NCBI GenBank assembly: GCA_051439505.1
Contig: JBFRWI010000221.1
Location: forward strand, 1 to 19,735
Length of the DNA stretch: 19,735 nt
Direction: 5' to 3'
DNA from: Hormoscilla sp.
GTDB taxonomy: Bacteria > Cyanobacteriota > Cyanobacteriia > Cyanobacteriales > Desertifilaceae
The position numbers were made by a program, and so were the translations under genes. Shown one piece after another: positions 6,879 to 16,999 of the stretch (the stretch's first letter is position 1; every line of letters starts with the position of its first letter). The notes below the pieces were generated by a model, which saw only the letters and a program-made list of their open reading frames with translations, was not told where the DNA came from and ran no database searches.

Positions 6879-8714
6879 CTATTCCAAATTGCGGCTGCGG
6901 CGCACCGCACAGCGAGGGGCAATATACCAGGCACCGCCATCATTACCTCTTAAATTGCAGTTGTCGATCGGGCCAGCGCCATTGGACTCCACATGTATGC
7001 CCTGTTGTTTATTTCCATAGATATTACAGCCTCGGACAGTCAGGTTGCAACCCCTTTTAACCTTTATCCCCACTCCCTTATTATTAAAGATATCGCATTC
7101 CTCTACCGTTACTTCACTTTTATTGGTAACAAATATCCCATCCGATGCCATGTCGTGAATTTGGCAGCGCCGCAAATGAGGGTTGCTACCTTTGAGAACA
7201 TATACTCCAATTTCCTGACCGTAAATATTGCAATCTTCCACCTTTATCCTGACCTTTTGGCTCAACAAAATGCCATATTTTGCGCCCTCATAGATTTGAC
7301 AGCCGCGAAGGGAAGGTTTCGCAGTAGCACCGTGAATATATACGCAAGCAATGCCTGTAGAGGTAATATTGCAGTTCTCCAGAATTAACTCTCCTTGAGG
7401 AATATCAATAGCATAGGGTTTCAGCAGGGGTTGACTGACAAAACGACCTATAGCATCAGCATTTTTCGTCAGATCCTGATGGCGCAGAGTTATGCCTCTA
7501 ACTACAGCCCGATCGGTCCGCATCTGAATGCAGGGTGCTAATGTACTCTCGACGATCACGTCTTCGCTAGCCCCATCCCCAATAATTTCTAGGGGCTTAT
7601 CAATTACGAGATTTTCCGCGTAGAAACCAGCACCCACCTGGATAATCGTATCATAAAAGGCATTGGCGATCGCCTCACTAATAGTGCGATAATCAGCAGG
7701 ACCGAGTTTGGCCACAGTCAGGGTTGGTGCCGAGGGGATGTCCAGGTCAATATTAAAATCTGGGCTCAAATCTGATAAGATGGGCTCTGATGGAACCGAA
7801 ATTGACTTTGTAGAAGTAGACTGTAAATCTCCTAGTACCTCATCTACTGATTGATAGCGTTCGTGCATCATCAACGTAATCATCTTATCCAACACCATGC
7901 CGAGATTTTCGCTGACATAAATTCCATTCTTAAGATAATCACGCCACAACCAACCTCCCTCTCGTGGTTGATAAAGTTCATCGGGATCGACCGCAGTCAG
8001 CAGATGAATGCAGGTAACGCCCAAACTGTAGATATCGCTAGCAGGATAAGCTTTACCAGTGAGCATCTGTTCGATCGGGGCATAACCCTGGGTGCCAATA
8101 CCTGCCGTGCCCGTTTTGGTCATCACAGTTTGGGCCAGTTGCTTAGAAATACCAAAATCAATCAGCACCAACTTGCCATCGGACTGACGGCGCATGATAT
8201 TGGCAGGCTTGATGTCCCGGTGAACGATCTGGCGATCGTGGATAAACTGGAGTACGGGTAACAGATCCAGTAACAGTTCCCGGATCTGGGTTTCGCCAAA
8301 AGCTCCCTGCTGTTGCAACTCCTGGGAGAGGTCCTGTCCTTCCACAAACTCCTGCACCAGATAGCGCTGGTTATCTTCCTCAAAGAAGTCCAACAGCAGG
8401 GGTATTTGGGGATGTTCCTCCAGCTTCACCAGACGCTGGGCCTCTTGCTCAAATAGGGCGATCGCCTTGGCTAGCAACTGGCGATCGCCCTTAATTTCTG
8501 GCAAAGGCACCAGTTGTTTGATCGCGCAGTTAGCACCCTCCCTAGCAACATCTGCCGCCAGATAGGTTTTCGCGAACCCCCCCAGATCCGAAAGCAAGCG
8601 GATAACGCGATAGCGACCTTTCAGTAGTCTGAGTTCAGTTCCACAACTTTGGCAAAACCTTGTACCAGCTGGGTTTTGGGGTTGAGGGCAATTCGGATTC
8701 AGGCAATAGCTCAT
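6879..8714 (-). CDS. Ser/Thr protein kinase with N-terminal 4-Cys prefix and C-terminal right-handed beta-helix (611 aa)
   Basis: MSYCLNPNC...CQSCG, GGFAKTY, CAIK, HRDIKPAN, DFG, GYAPIE, SDIYSLG; C-terminal YRTISEAI...GFYAENLVIDK followed by CxI..N...GIxV repeats. Start placed at ATG 8714 rather than 8816. Confidence 0.92.
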   Translation of the reverse strand: MSYCLNPNCPQPQNPAGTRFCQSCGTELRLLKGRYRVIRLLSDLGGFAKTYLAADVAREGANCAIKQLVPLPEIKGDRQLLAKAIALFEQEAQRLVKLEEHPQIPLLLDFFEEDNQRYLVQEFVEGQDLSQELQQQGAFGETQIRELLLDLLPVLQFIHDRQIVHRDIKPANIMRRQSDGKLVLIDFGISKQLAQTVMTKTGTAGIGTQGYAPIEQMLTGKAYPASDIYSLGVTCIHLLTAVDPDELYQPREGGWLWRDYLKNGIYVSENLGMVLDKMITLMMHERYQSVDEVLGDLQSTSTKSISVPSEPILSDLSPDFNIDLDIPSAPTLTVAKLGPADYRTISEAIANAFYDTIIQVGAGFYAENLVIDKPLEIIGDGASEDVIVESTLAPCIQMRTDRAVVRGITLRHQDLTKNADAIGRFVSQPLLKPYAIDIPQGELILENCNITSTGIACVYIHGATAKPSLRGCQIYEGAKYGILLSQKVRIKVEDCNIYGQEIGVYVLKGSNPHLRRCQIHDMASDGIFVTNKSEVTVEECDIFNNKGVGIKVKRGCNLTVRGCNIYGNKQQGIHVESNGAGPIDNCNLRGNDGGAWYIAPRCAVRRSRNLE

Positions 8715-8862
8715 AAAATGCAAACAATCAGCAGCTTCATCTATGGTATTACCTAGGTTTGAGTTGATGTGATGCCTCTCACAGAAAAGTCCGATCGCGT
8801 CCCCTAGTGCAGCCATTCGGTACAGGTTAAAATGCTAGTCGTGAGTTGCGATCGAGCGCAGT

Positions 8863-9696
8863 ATGGAAACCAACTGGCAGGCAGCCAAAACCTACGAAGA
8901 TATACTTTATCACAAAACCGACGGCATTGCCAAAGTCACCATTAACCGTCCCCACAAGCGCAATGCCTTCCGGCCCCAAACTGTATTTGAACTTTATGAC
9001 GCCTTTTGCGACGCCAGGGAGGACAGTAACATCGGCGTCGTCCTCCTGACTGGCGCAGGCCCCCACACCGATGGCAAATATGCCTTCTGTGCTGGTGGCG
9101 ATCAAACTGTCCGAGGTAAAGCGGGCTATCTAGATGATGCCGGCGTGCCCCGTCTCAACGTCCTGGATCTGCAGCGCCTGATCCGTTCCATGCCCAAAGT
9201 TATTATCGCCCTGGTAGCGGGCTACGCCATCGGAGGGGGACATGTCCTGCACCTGATCTGCGATCTGACCATTGCTGCCGACAATGCCATCTTTGGTCAA
9301 ACCGGTCCCAAAGTCGGCAGTTTTGACGGCGGTTTCGGTGCCAGCTACCTGGCCCGCATTGTCGGTCAAAAGAAAGCGCGGGAAATTTGGTTTCTCTGCC
9401 GTCAGTACAATGCCCAGCAGGCCCTAGACATGGGTTTAGTCAACTGTGTCGTACCCCTCGAACAGTTAGAAGCAGAAGGCATTCAGTGGGCTAACGAGAT
9501 TTTACAGAAAAGCCCGATCGCCATTCGCTGCTTAAAAGCGGCCTTTAACGCCGACTGCGACGGTCAAGCCGGGCTGCAAGAATTAGCTGGTAATGCCACT
9601 TTACTGTATTATATGACCGAAGAAGGAGCCGAAGGCAAACAGGCATTTCTAGAAAAACGTCAACCTGATTTTCGCGCCTTTCCCTGGTTGCCCTGA
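8863..9696 (+). CDS. menB: 1,4-dihydroxy-2-naphthoyl-CoA synthase
   Basis: [65 protein letters not shown]. Confidence 0.98.
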   Translation: METNWQAAKTYEDILYHKTDGIAKVTINRPHKRNAFRPQTVFELYDAFCDAREDSNIGVVLLTGAGPHTDGKYAFCAGGDQTVRGKAGYLDDAGVPRLNVLDLQRLIRSMPKVIIALVAGYAIGGGHVLHLICDLTIAADNAIFGQTGPKVGSFDGGFGASYLARIVGQKKAREIWFLCRQYNAQQALDMGLVNCVVPLEQLEAEGIQWANEILQKSPIAIRCLKAAFNADCDGQAGLQELAGNATLLYYMTEEGAEGKQAFLEKRQPDFRAFPWLP

Positions 9697-9789
9697 ACGG
9701 CTTCTTCCCTTAATGATGGGATCGCTCTGGGATAAGCGTAAAACTAACTTGCTTATTTTATAGTTTTTTCAACTGATTTTTCTCAATGT

Positions 9790-10113
9790 CTAGGCTACCG
9801 CCAGTTCTTTTGCGGGCGCTTCACTCTGGGATATTCTATTTTCAGCAGGATCGCTCTTAAAAGCAACATTGGGCACGCATTCCCATGGCATTACCTCTGA
9901 TATAGTCAGATTTTCAGCTTGCCATATCGCGATCCCCTCAATCACTTCCCACGAAGGTGCAAAGGCGGGGATCGCTAAAGAACATGCCTTCCAACCTCCA
10001 CGAACCAGCACCCCGAGTTGTTCGCAGTTGCCACCCCGCCGTCCAGATAGCACGAAATGACGACAATGACGACAATGCTGACAGGTTGATGCTGGGAAAT
10101 TGCTAGTTTTCAT
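9790..10113 (-). CDS. Small Cys-rich hypothetical protein (putative metal-binding)
   Basis: CQHCRHCRHF...GRRGGNCEQLG...WKACSLA; purine-rich RBS upstream; ATG 10113 or GTG 10119 start. Confidence 0.7.
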   Translation of the reverse strand: MKTSNFPASTCQHCRHCRHFVLSGRRGGNCEQLGVLVRGGWKACSLAIPAFAPSWEVIEGIAIWQAENLTISEVMPWECVPNVAFKSDPAENRISQSEAPAKELAVA

Positions 10114-10725
10114 CTTCACTTCCTCTCGGGGATCTTCTACTTGTCTGCTTCTCTTCTATTTTGCTGCACTCTCGATCCCCGCCCAGAGCCCCAGGAAGCG
10201 AGCGAACAATTATCCCGTATAGGTTCTAGCGATCCCGGAGTAAATTAGAGCCTTTATTATTTCTTTATATTTCCGTTATATTTAGAAACAGTTTGCTAAA
10301 GCCAGCGCTCAGGGATGAAGCGAACAAGGAGACGAATTAAGGCGAAAACGGTCGGGGATCAAGAGAAAAGCCAAGCAATAGCGAACCAGAAAAGGGATTT
10401 TGTAGCCTAAAATACTATTCCCGGGAGAGGCGATATCCAACAGCCTCTGTCAATGGCAGTTCGACGATGCCGAGTCTTGATAAGGGTAGATTGTTGACAT
10501 TGGCGATGGGCCGTCTTCGACAGAGCATCGCCAGTGTTGACTTACCGATGGCCTGATTTGGTAAAATATCACCCAAGACGATGGTGGGTGTAGAGAAATG
10601 CGCTCCTGTCAGAAGCGCGGCAAATAAGGATTTTTACGGCTGAGAAGATTGCCTCGAAGAGTTGACGGTGTTGAGAACGGACAACGGACACAGAAATTAC
10701 CAAATATAAGTAGAGGAGTTTGGCG

Positions 10726-11898
10726 ATGAGTCAAGGGCACCAGGCGCAAGCAACTCCAAAGTTACATCCGGTACTACAGGGCGCTCTGAGGAGTTTAGAT
10801 GTTAACCTGGAATCAGAATTAAAACGATACCGACGCGCCCAAGCAGGAGAACCACTACAGCGTGGCCTGACAGTTAGTTCCCAAAATGGCATGCGCTCAG
10901 ATGCGATTTCAGCAATGCACCGATTGCCGGCTTTACAAAACAGTTGGCTGCTAACAGCACAATCAAATGGGGATCGCGTCCCCTATATGTCAGAGGTGAG
11001 GCCACAGAGAAACCACCGAAATACCGAACAGCTGGCGGAGGACGTTGTGGAAGCGCAGGACGCTGATGCTAGTTTGGCCTTAATATCAGCGGCAGGTCAG
11101 GTCGCTGCGAGTAGTGGAAGCGCACCGGACAAGGAGGTCGCGATCGCACAACTAGAGAAAGAACCAGATGACTATCTAGAATCTTCCGAAGAACTACTTA
11201 AAAGTCTGGCATCTCCAGCGGAAGTAGAAGCCGCAACTTCCGCAAATACCGAAAGTTGTAGAAAAAGCAACCTGCTGACTCCTTTGGGAATTGGCTCTAT
11301 GTTGCTGCTGTTGATGACTGGTGGAACCCTGTGGTTCGCAGGGAAAGACCCATCGCTAGTGGGTCATTTGAAGGGCGATCGCCCGGTGGAGGAGAGCAAC
11401 CCCAAGCAGGCGAACACCGATATGTCGGAAAGGGTAGCAGTGGATTTGAATTTGGATAGTATTAGTAGATTGCCCACTAGCTCCAGCTCCAGTCCTCAAC
11501 AGGTCTCCTCGCCGGCGGATCGAGAGCGATCGCCGCAAGTAGAACCAAAGCTGCCCGTGAATAGTCCGGCAACAGCACAACGCTTAGTGGAGATTCCTAC
11601 TGTGGTGCCAATACCAAGAACCTCGACCCAGCTTGACGGTTCGACGGAGGTCGCAAGTGAATTATCTACCCAGACTGATGCTGCTTTCGGGCAATACTAT
11701 TATGTGGTGGCTTCCGATCCAGGAGTTGACAGCCGAGAGCAGATCGAAAAAATAATTCCCGAAGCGACGGTGCGGGACTTTCCCCAAGGAAGGTTTCTGC
11801 AGTTGGGTGTCTTCCGGGAAGAGTCAAGGGCCCGAGCGCTGGTAGAGAATCTTGCCGACCGGGGAATTTATGCCCAGATATACAAGCATCGCTATTAA
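10726..11898 (+). CDS. Single-pass membrane protein with a C-terminal SPOR-like domain
   Basis: N-terminal ALRSLDVNLESELKRYRR, PDDYLESSEELL, TM segment LGIGSMLLLLMTGGTLWFA, S/P-rich linker, C-terminal LQLGVFREESRARALVENLADRGI; AGAGGAG RBS before ATG 10726. Confidence 0.75.
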   Translation: MSQGHQAQATPKLHPVLQGALRSLDVNLESELKRYRRAQAGEPLQRGLTVSSQNGMRSDAISAMHRLPALQNSWLLTAQSNGDRVPYMSEVRPQRNHRNTEQLAEDVVEAQDADASLALISAAGQVAASSGSAPDKEVAIAQLEKEPDDYLESSEELLKSLASPAEVEAATSANTESCRKSNLLTPLGIGSMLLLLMTGGTLWFAGKDPSLVGHLKGDRPVEESNPKQANTDMSERVAVDLNLDSISRLPTSSSSSPQQVSSPADRERSPQVEPKLPVNSPATAQRLVEIPTVVPIPRTSTQLDGSTEVASELSTQTDAAFGQYYYVVASDPGVDSREQIEKIIPEATVRDFPQGRFLQLGVFREESRARALVENLADRGIYAQIYKHRY

Positions 11899-11956
11899 CT
11901 TCAACCCCAGCAAGGCAAGGCAAAATGATAATAGTAGCGATCGAGGAGTCAGTGCG

Positions 11957-12622
11957 ATGGGATTGATAAAAAGTATCTGGCGAGGGATTAGATCCCAGAT
12001 CGATAGCCTGGTGGCAGAAGCCGCAGATCCAGAAAAAGTGCTGGAAGAGGCAGTGATGGATATGCAGGAAGATTTGATTCACATGCGGCAGGCAGTAGCT
12101 CAGGCGATCGCGACCCAAAAGCGTACACAAAGACAATGCTTGCAAGCGGAAGCTACCGCCGAGCAATGGCGAGAGCGAGCCAAAATAGCTCTGGTGCAAG
12201 GGGATGAAATGCTTGCCCGTCAAGCATTGGCGCGACGCCAACCCTACAGCGAAACGGCACGAAATCTGCGCCAGCAAATGCAACAGCAGAGCGTTGTTGT
12301 CAGCAAGCTCAGGCAGGACTTGCAAGCTTTAGAACAGAAAATTGCTGAGGTGAAAGCGAAAAAGGATTTGTATATCGCCCGCGCTCGCTCTGCGGTAGCC
12401 TCTATAGAAATCAACTCCATTATGGACGGGCTCAATTCGAGGGCTTCTAGGTCGGCCTGGGAGCGCATGGAAGAGCAAGTCCACCAGTCGGAAGCGATGG
12501 CCTCCCTTACGAGGGGTATGGGATCCGGTGAGGACTGGGACGAAAGATTTGCAGCAAGATCAGCCGGTAGCGATGTCGATCGGGAGTTAGCTTTGCTCAA
12601 ATCTCAAAGTTATCAAGGTTGA
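11957..12622 (+). CDS. pspA: PspA/IM30 family protein (short paralog, 221 aa)
   Basis: MGLIKSIWR...ADPEKVLEEAV.DMQEDL...ALVQGDEMLARQAL...WERMEEQV; no C-terminal extension; GAGGAG RBS before ATG 11957. Confidence 0.85.
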   Translation: MGLIKSIWRGIRSQIDSLVAEAADPEKVLEEAVMDMQEDLIHMRQAVAQAIATQKRTQRQCLQAEATAEQWRERAKIALVQGDEMLARQALARRQPYSETARNLRQQMQQQSVVVSKLRQDLQALEQKIAEVKAKKDLYIARARSAVASIEINSIMDGLNSRASRSAWERMEEQVHQSEAMASLTRGMGSGEDWDERFAARSAGSDVDRELALLKSQSYQG

Positions 12623-12942
12623 ACTTTCCATGGGTAACTTGGGGTAAGTCTTATGTAACGGAAGAAAATTACCACCAGTAGGTGTCATGACCCCCCTAAC
12701 GTAGGTCTAATCGGGGGACCTGCATTTTTCATCTTCCCGAGGGAGATAATTCCCGACATTGCCAGAAATTACTGGATTTTATGCAAGAGTTGACAGAATC
12801 GTTATCGGGTGCAGCACCCTCACCCGATGTGCTAAGACTAAAGCATAGCATATTAACCTGGTTCCATAGCAGGCGGAGCGATCGGGCTGACTGATGCTCA
12901 AGCCGAGCTTTTAAAAATACTACGGAAAGGAAAAACAGAATT

Positions 12943-13701
12943 ATGGGATTATTCGACCGCATTAGCCGAGTAATCAAGGCAAATATCAACGATCTGGTCA
13001 GCAAGGCTGAAGATCCTGAAAAGTTGCTAGAACAGTCTCTACTGGAGATGCAGGAGGATCTGGTGCAGCTGCGTCAGGCTGTGGCCAGCGCGATCGCCAG
13101 CCAAAAACGAGTTCAGCAACAATACTCCCAGGCTCAAGATCAAGTCAAGACCTGGCATCAGCGGGCGCAGCTAGCTCTGCAAAAAGGTGATGAAAATCTG
13201 GCGAGGGAAGCGCTGCAACGCAAAAAGACTCATGTAGACACGGCAACTACCCTCAAAGGGCAGTTGGAGCAACAAAACCAGCATGTAGACACTCTCAAAC
13301 GCAGCCTGCTGGCCCTAGAAGGGAAGATCTCGGAAGCCAAGACCAAAAAAGACATGCTCAAGGCCCGGCTGCAAGCTGCCAAGGCTCAAGAGCAAGTGCA
13401 AGAAACGGTTGGCAAGATCGGCACGTCCAGCGCCGCCGCTGCGTTCGATCGCATGGAAGAAAAGGTCTTGCAAATAGAAGCTCGTGCAGGGGCGGCAGGG
13501 GAGCTAGCTGGCGAGGATCTGGAACGCAAATTTGCTGCCCTGACAGGTAGCGATGTCGATGAGGAGTTGGCTCAGATGAAAGCTGAGATGGGTGGCGCTT
13601 CTCTATCCCAAGGACAGTTGCCGGCGGCTGAGCCGTCATCCTCTTCCGGTGATGATGCTGATGACTTGGAAAAGCTGCGTCGGGAACTGGATAAAATGTA
13701 A
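12943..13701 (+). CDS. vipp1: Vipp1/IM30 (ESCRT-III-like thylakoid membrane protein)
   Basis: MGLFDRISRVIKANINDLVSKAEDPEK, FDRMEEKV, plus linker and extra C-terminal helix DDLEKLRRELDKM. Confidence 0.93.
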   Translation: MGLFDRISRVIKANINDLVSKAEDPEKLLEQSLLEMQEDLVQLRQAVASAIASQKRVQQQYSQAQDQVKTWHQRAQLALQKGDENLAREALQRKKTHVDTATTLKGQLEQQNQHVDTLKRSLLALEGKISEAKTKKDMLKARLQAAKAQEQVQETVGKIGTSSAAAAFDRMEEKVLQIEARAGAAGELAGEDLERKFAALTGSDVDEELAQMKAEMGGASLSQGQLPAAEPSSSSGDDADDLEKLRRELDKM

Positions 13702-13881
13702 ACGCGGTTCAACAAGGCACCCCAGCTTCCATTCCCCTCCCGATACGAAGTGCAACGCGCTAGCTAGGGCGGGTGGGGGAAAATGCCTATTTCCGGTGAT
13801 GGAGACAAAATACAAACTGGATTGTCAAGATTGTAATCACAGCAGGTTAAACTAGGAAAGGCTAATTAATTATTGGGTCAG

Positions 13882-14220
13882 ATGAGCAGCGTCAAAGTAA
13901 TTTCAGATAATGAGTTTGAAACAGAAGTATTGAAAGCAACGCAGCCAGTGTTGGTGTACTTTTGGGCTAGTTGGTGTGGACCTTGTCGCTTGGTGTCTCC
14001 CTCGATGGACTGGGCAGCTAGTCATTATGACTCACGCCTCAAGGTAGTGAAGATGGAAGTGACAGAGGATAACGATCAGAAATCTGTAAAGAAATGTAAT
14101 GTAGAAGGGGTTCCGGCTCTGAGATTATTTCAGAAGGGTGAAGTGATAGCTGAGCATGAGGGTGCTATTACCAAAGATAAACTAAAATCATTTCTGGACG
14201 AGCATCTAGTAAATGGGTGA
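13882..14220 (+). CDS. Thioredoxin
   Basis: VLVYFWASWCGPC active site, VEGVPAL cis-Pro motif; 112 aa from ATG 13882. Confidence 0.92.
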   Translation: MSSVKVISDNEFETEVLKATQPVLVYFWASWCGPCRLVSPSMDWAASHYDSRLKVVKMEVTEDNDQKSVKKCNVEGVPALRLFQKGEVIAEHEGAITKDKLKSFLDEHLVNG

Positions 14221-14258
14221 GATGAAAAAAATCTGGAGCTATTAGCAAAGGAAAAATC

Positions 14259-15422
14259 ATGCAATTTGCCGAACGTTTACAACCCCTAAAAGCTAATGTA
14301 TTTGCGGATATGGACTCGGCAAAGGCGACTGCTGCTGCTGCTGGTAGGCAGGTGATAGATTTATCTCTGGGTTCTTCTGACTTACCAGCGCCAGATGAGG
14401 CCATAGGGGCGATCGCATCTTCCTTATCGGACGCCAGTACCCACGGATATCTGCTATTTGAGGGTACAAAATCATTCCGTCAAGCGGCAGCTAGTTGGTA
14501 TACTCGGAAATTCGGCATTTCGGTAGACCCAGAAACAGAGGTACTGACGCTGATCGGTTCCCAGGAAGGGACGGCCCATTTACCTTTAGCAATACTCAAT
14601 CCGGGAGATTTTGCCCTGCTACAAGACCCAGGTTACCCTTCCCATGCAGGTGGTGTCTACCTGGCTAGCGGACAAGTTTACCCGATGCCCCTACGGGCAG
14701 AAAATGATTTTTTGCCTGTGTTTGCTGAGATACCACCATTAATTTTAGCGCAGTCGCGGATGATGGTACTCAGCTATCCTCATAATCCTACTACGGCAAC
14801 TGCGCCTTTGTCTTTATTTCAATCAGCGGTGGATTTCTGTCGCCGTCATGACCTGGTCTTGGTACATGATTTCCCCTATGCTGATTTAGTATTTGATGGT
14901 AGTTCGCCTCCTTCTATTCTGCAAGCAGATCGGGAGAAAAATATTTCTATCGAGTTCTTTAGCATGTCTAAGTCCTATAGCATGGGTGGGTTTAGAATTG
15001 GCTATGCGATCGGGAATGCTCAGTTAATTAGGGCCTTGCGACAAGTGAAGGCTGTAATAGATTTTAACCAGTATCGGGGAATATTGAATGGGGCGATCGT
15101 GGCTCTGAGTGGTCCTCAAGATAGGGTGCGGGCAACTGTAGAAAAGTTCCGCAGGCGTAGAGATGTCTTTGTGGCCGCATTACATGACATTGGATGGGAT
15201 GTGCCGACCCCAGGGGCGACAATGTATGTGTGGGCTCCATTGCCAGCTCATTGGGCAGAAGATTCGATCGAATTCTGTACTCAGCTTGTAGCAGCAACAG
15301 GTGTGGCAGCTGCCCCAGGATCTGGTTTTGGTAAGGCCGGAGAAGGATACGTGCGCTTTGCCTTGGTCCACGAACCAGCGGTTTTACAAACAGCGGTACA
15401 GAGAATTGCTAAATTCCTATAA
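14259..15422 (+). CDS. PLP-dependent class I/II aminotransferase (LL-diaminopimelate aminotransferase/AlaC-like)
   Basis: IDLSLGSSD, GSQEG, DPGYP, YPHNPT, HDFPY, SMSKSYSMGGFRIG (PLP lysine), PGSGFG..GEGYVRFAL. Confidence 0.92.
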   Translation: MQFAERLQPLKANVFADMDSAKATAAAAGRQVIDLSLGSSDLPAPDEAIGAIASSLSDASTHGYLLFEGTKSFRQAAASWYTRKFGISVDPETEVLTLIGSQEGTAHLPLAILNPGDFALLQDPGYPSHAGGVYLASGQVYPMPLRAENDFLPVFAEIPPLILAQSRMMVLSYPHNPTTATAPLSLFQSAVDFCRRHDLVLVHDFPYADLVFDGSSPPSILQADREKNISIEFFSMSKSYSMGGFRIGYAIGNAQLIRALRQVKAVIDFNQYRGILNGAIVALSGPQDRVRATVEKFRRRRDVFVAALHDIGWDVPTPGATMYVWAPLPAHWAEDSIEFCTQLVAATGVAAAPGSGFGKAGEGYVRFALVHEPAVLQTAVQRIAKFL

Positions 15423-15596
15423 CTTCACGAAAACTTTAAGAGAAGTTAACGAAAGCTTTATATATAACTGCCTTTGATGGGTTTAAGCTAAAGGTAGCTC
15501 AGATCGGATTAGGCCAGTCCCAATTGTTTAGCTAAACTGAAGTGTAATCCGAGCAGAACAATCAGGATCTCAAACCCAGAAGAACGTCAATACTAT

Positions 15597-16491
15597 ATGA
15601 TTTTGCCCGAGGATGAATTTTTAATGAAATAACGCAGCAGCGAAATAATTGTTCTGAGGGCTATCCATGAGTTCTTGCAAGCATGCATAACCGTGGAAGA
15701 ATCTTACAAGGAGATCATCCGATCTATATTCCCAGGTTATATAGGAGCGCTATTTGAGCAAAGTTGCTTACAAAACACTTGCCACTCCCATGGGATCCCT
15801 GTTCCCTGGTTGTGCAGGAGGGCTGTTTATGGCTAAACAACAATTGGCGCAGATTATTTCAGAACACATTCGTCTGGCATTGGAGAATTTAAACCTGCGG
15901 CAAATAATTGCATCACAACTTATTCGCGACCCTCTGACAGGTTTATTCAATCGACGTTACATGGAAAAGTACCTGGAACGGGAGTTTAAAATATGCGATC
16001 GCAACGGGCAACCTCTGAGTATCATTATGCTGGACCTCGATCGCTTTAAGCACTTCCATGATAATTTTGGTCACTCTGCCTCGGATGGAGTCCTGCAAGA
16101 GTTGGGCATGTTTTTGCAAGAAAATATCCGTAATTTTGATATGGCCTGTCGCTACGGGGGAGACGAGTTCATGTTAATTCTGCCAGAAGTATCCCTAACC
16201 GACCAGCTAATTGCCTGTCGCTACGGGGGAGACGAGTTCATGTTAATTCTGCCAGAAGTATCTCTAGATAGTGCTGGACATCTGGCGGAGCAGTTGCGAG
16301 AAACAATTAAACATCTGCGCTTACAATATGGCGGTCACCAGGTGAGTTCTGTGACGGGAGCTGTGGGAGTAGCTTGTTTCCCAGAACATGGTTTAACGGG
16401 AAATGCCGCGATCTCGGCAGCTCGTGCAGCGCTCGATCGGGCAAAACAAGAAGGGCGCGATCGGGTGGTTACAGCAAGTGATATTTTATGA
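15597..16491 (+). pseudogene. Eroded GAF-GGDEF diguanylate cyclase gene
   Basis: ATG 15597 frame hits TAA at 15630-15632, then continues as a GAF-like start (FLQACITVEESY...FPGYIGALF). The GGDEF-containing ORF 15754-16491 is in another frame, lacks the GAF core and has RYGGDEF twice. Confidence 0.7.
16144..16262 (+). repeat. Exact 50-nt duplication (69-nt period) of the GGDEF motif segment
   Basis: 16144-16193 is identical to 16213-16262. Confidence 0.97.
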
Positions 16492-16737
16492 ACGGGTCTG
16501 ACAGCATTTAGCCCGAACGGAAAGATAATAACCTCTGTTGATATTGATAGAAATATAATATGATGGAATGTCGATCAGGAGTAAGCGCTAAGATATAGAA
16601 GATGCCTTACCCCATGTCCTGAAAGCGATCGTCGGGCAAGGGGTGGAGTTGTGAGGGATTCTGAGATTAGAGATTGTGAGAACTATAGCGATCGCCCGTA
16701 TTGGCCAGGGAACCCATTGCCTCCGGGCGGTCGCGCA

Positions 16738-16796
16738 GGCACGGCGGTATGAAATCGATCGGATTTACCGATAAACTGTTGATGCCGTGCCCCGAC
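16738..16796. repeat. REP/REPIN-like palindrome GGCACGGC...GCCGTGCCCCGAC
   Basis: IR 16738-16745/16784-16791 with inner ATCGG-N5-CCGAT hairpin. Confidence 0.6.
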
Positions 16797-16862
16797 AGTT
16801 CTTTTGCGAACCCATACCATCGGGTGTGGTCTTGCGCCCGTCGATCGTTCATGGGCCCTCCC

Positions 16863-16999
16863 CAATACTTCTCGGTTAGAGAGAAGGGAGAAGGGAGAAG
16901 GGAGAACCCGTCGGTGTCTTCACCGACACTTTTCGGGAGGGGAGTGGCCAGTGGCCACTCCCCTCCCGAGGAATTTATTGCAAAATATATGCAGTATTG
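16863..16999. mobile_element. MITE-like element B (137 bp), CAATACT...AGTATTG ends
   Basis: Same left end as element A; degenerate 11-bp target duplication tgggccctccc/cggaccctccc (9/11). Contains (GAGAAGG)x3.7, a 7-bp hairpin 16910-16927 and a perfect 17-bp hairpin 16933-16969. Confidence 0.65.

Noticed and set aside
8863..9696. menB outside a men operon
   Set aside because: Scattered men genes are usual in cyanobacteria.
10127..10181. CGGGGATC/GATCCCCG inverted repeat near the RBS of the Cys-rich gene
   Set aside because: Only 8 bp with a 39-nt loop; could be chance.
11957..15422. pspA-vipp1 tandem with thioredoxin and aminotransferase as a novel system
   Set aside because: Adjacent pspA and vipp1 paralogs are a known cyanobacterial arrangement; the shared 15-nt stretch reflects paralogy.
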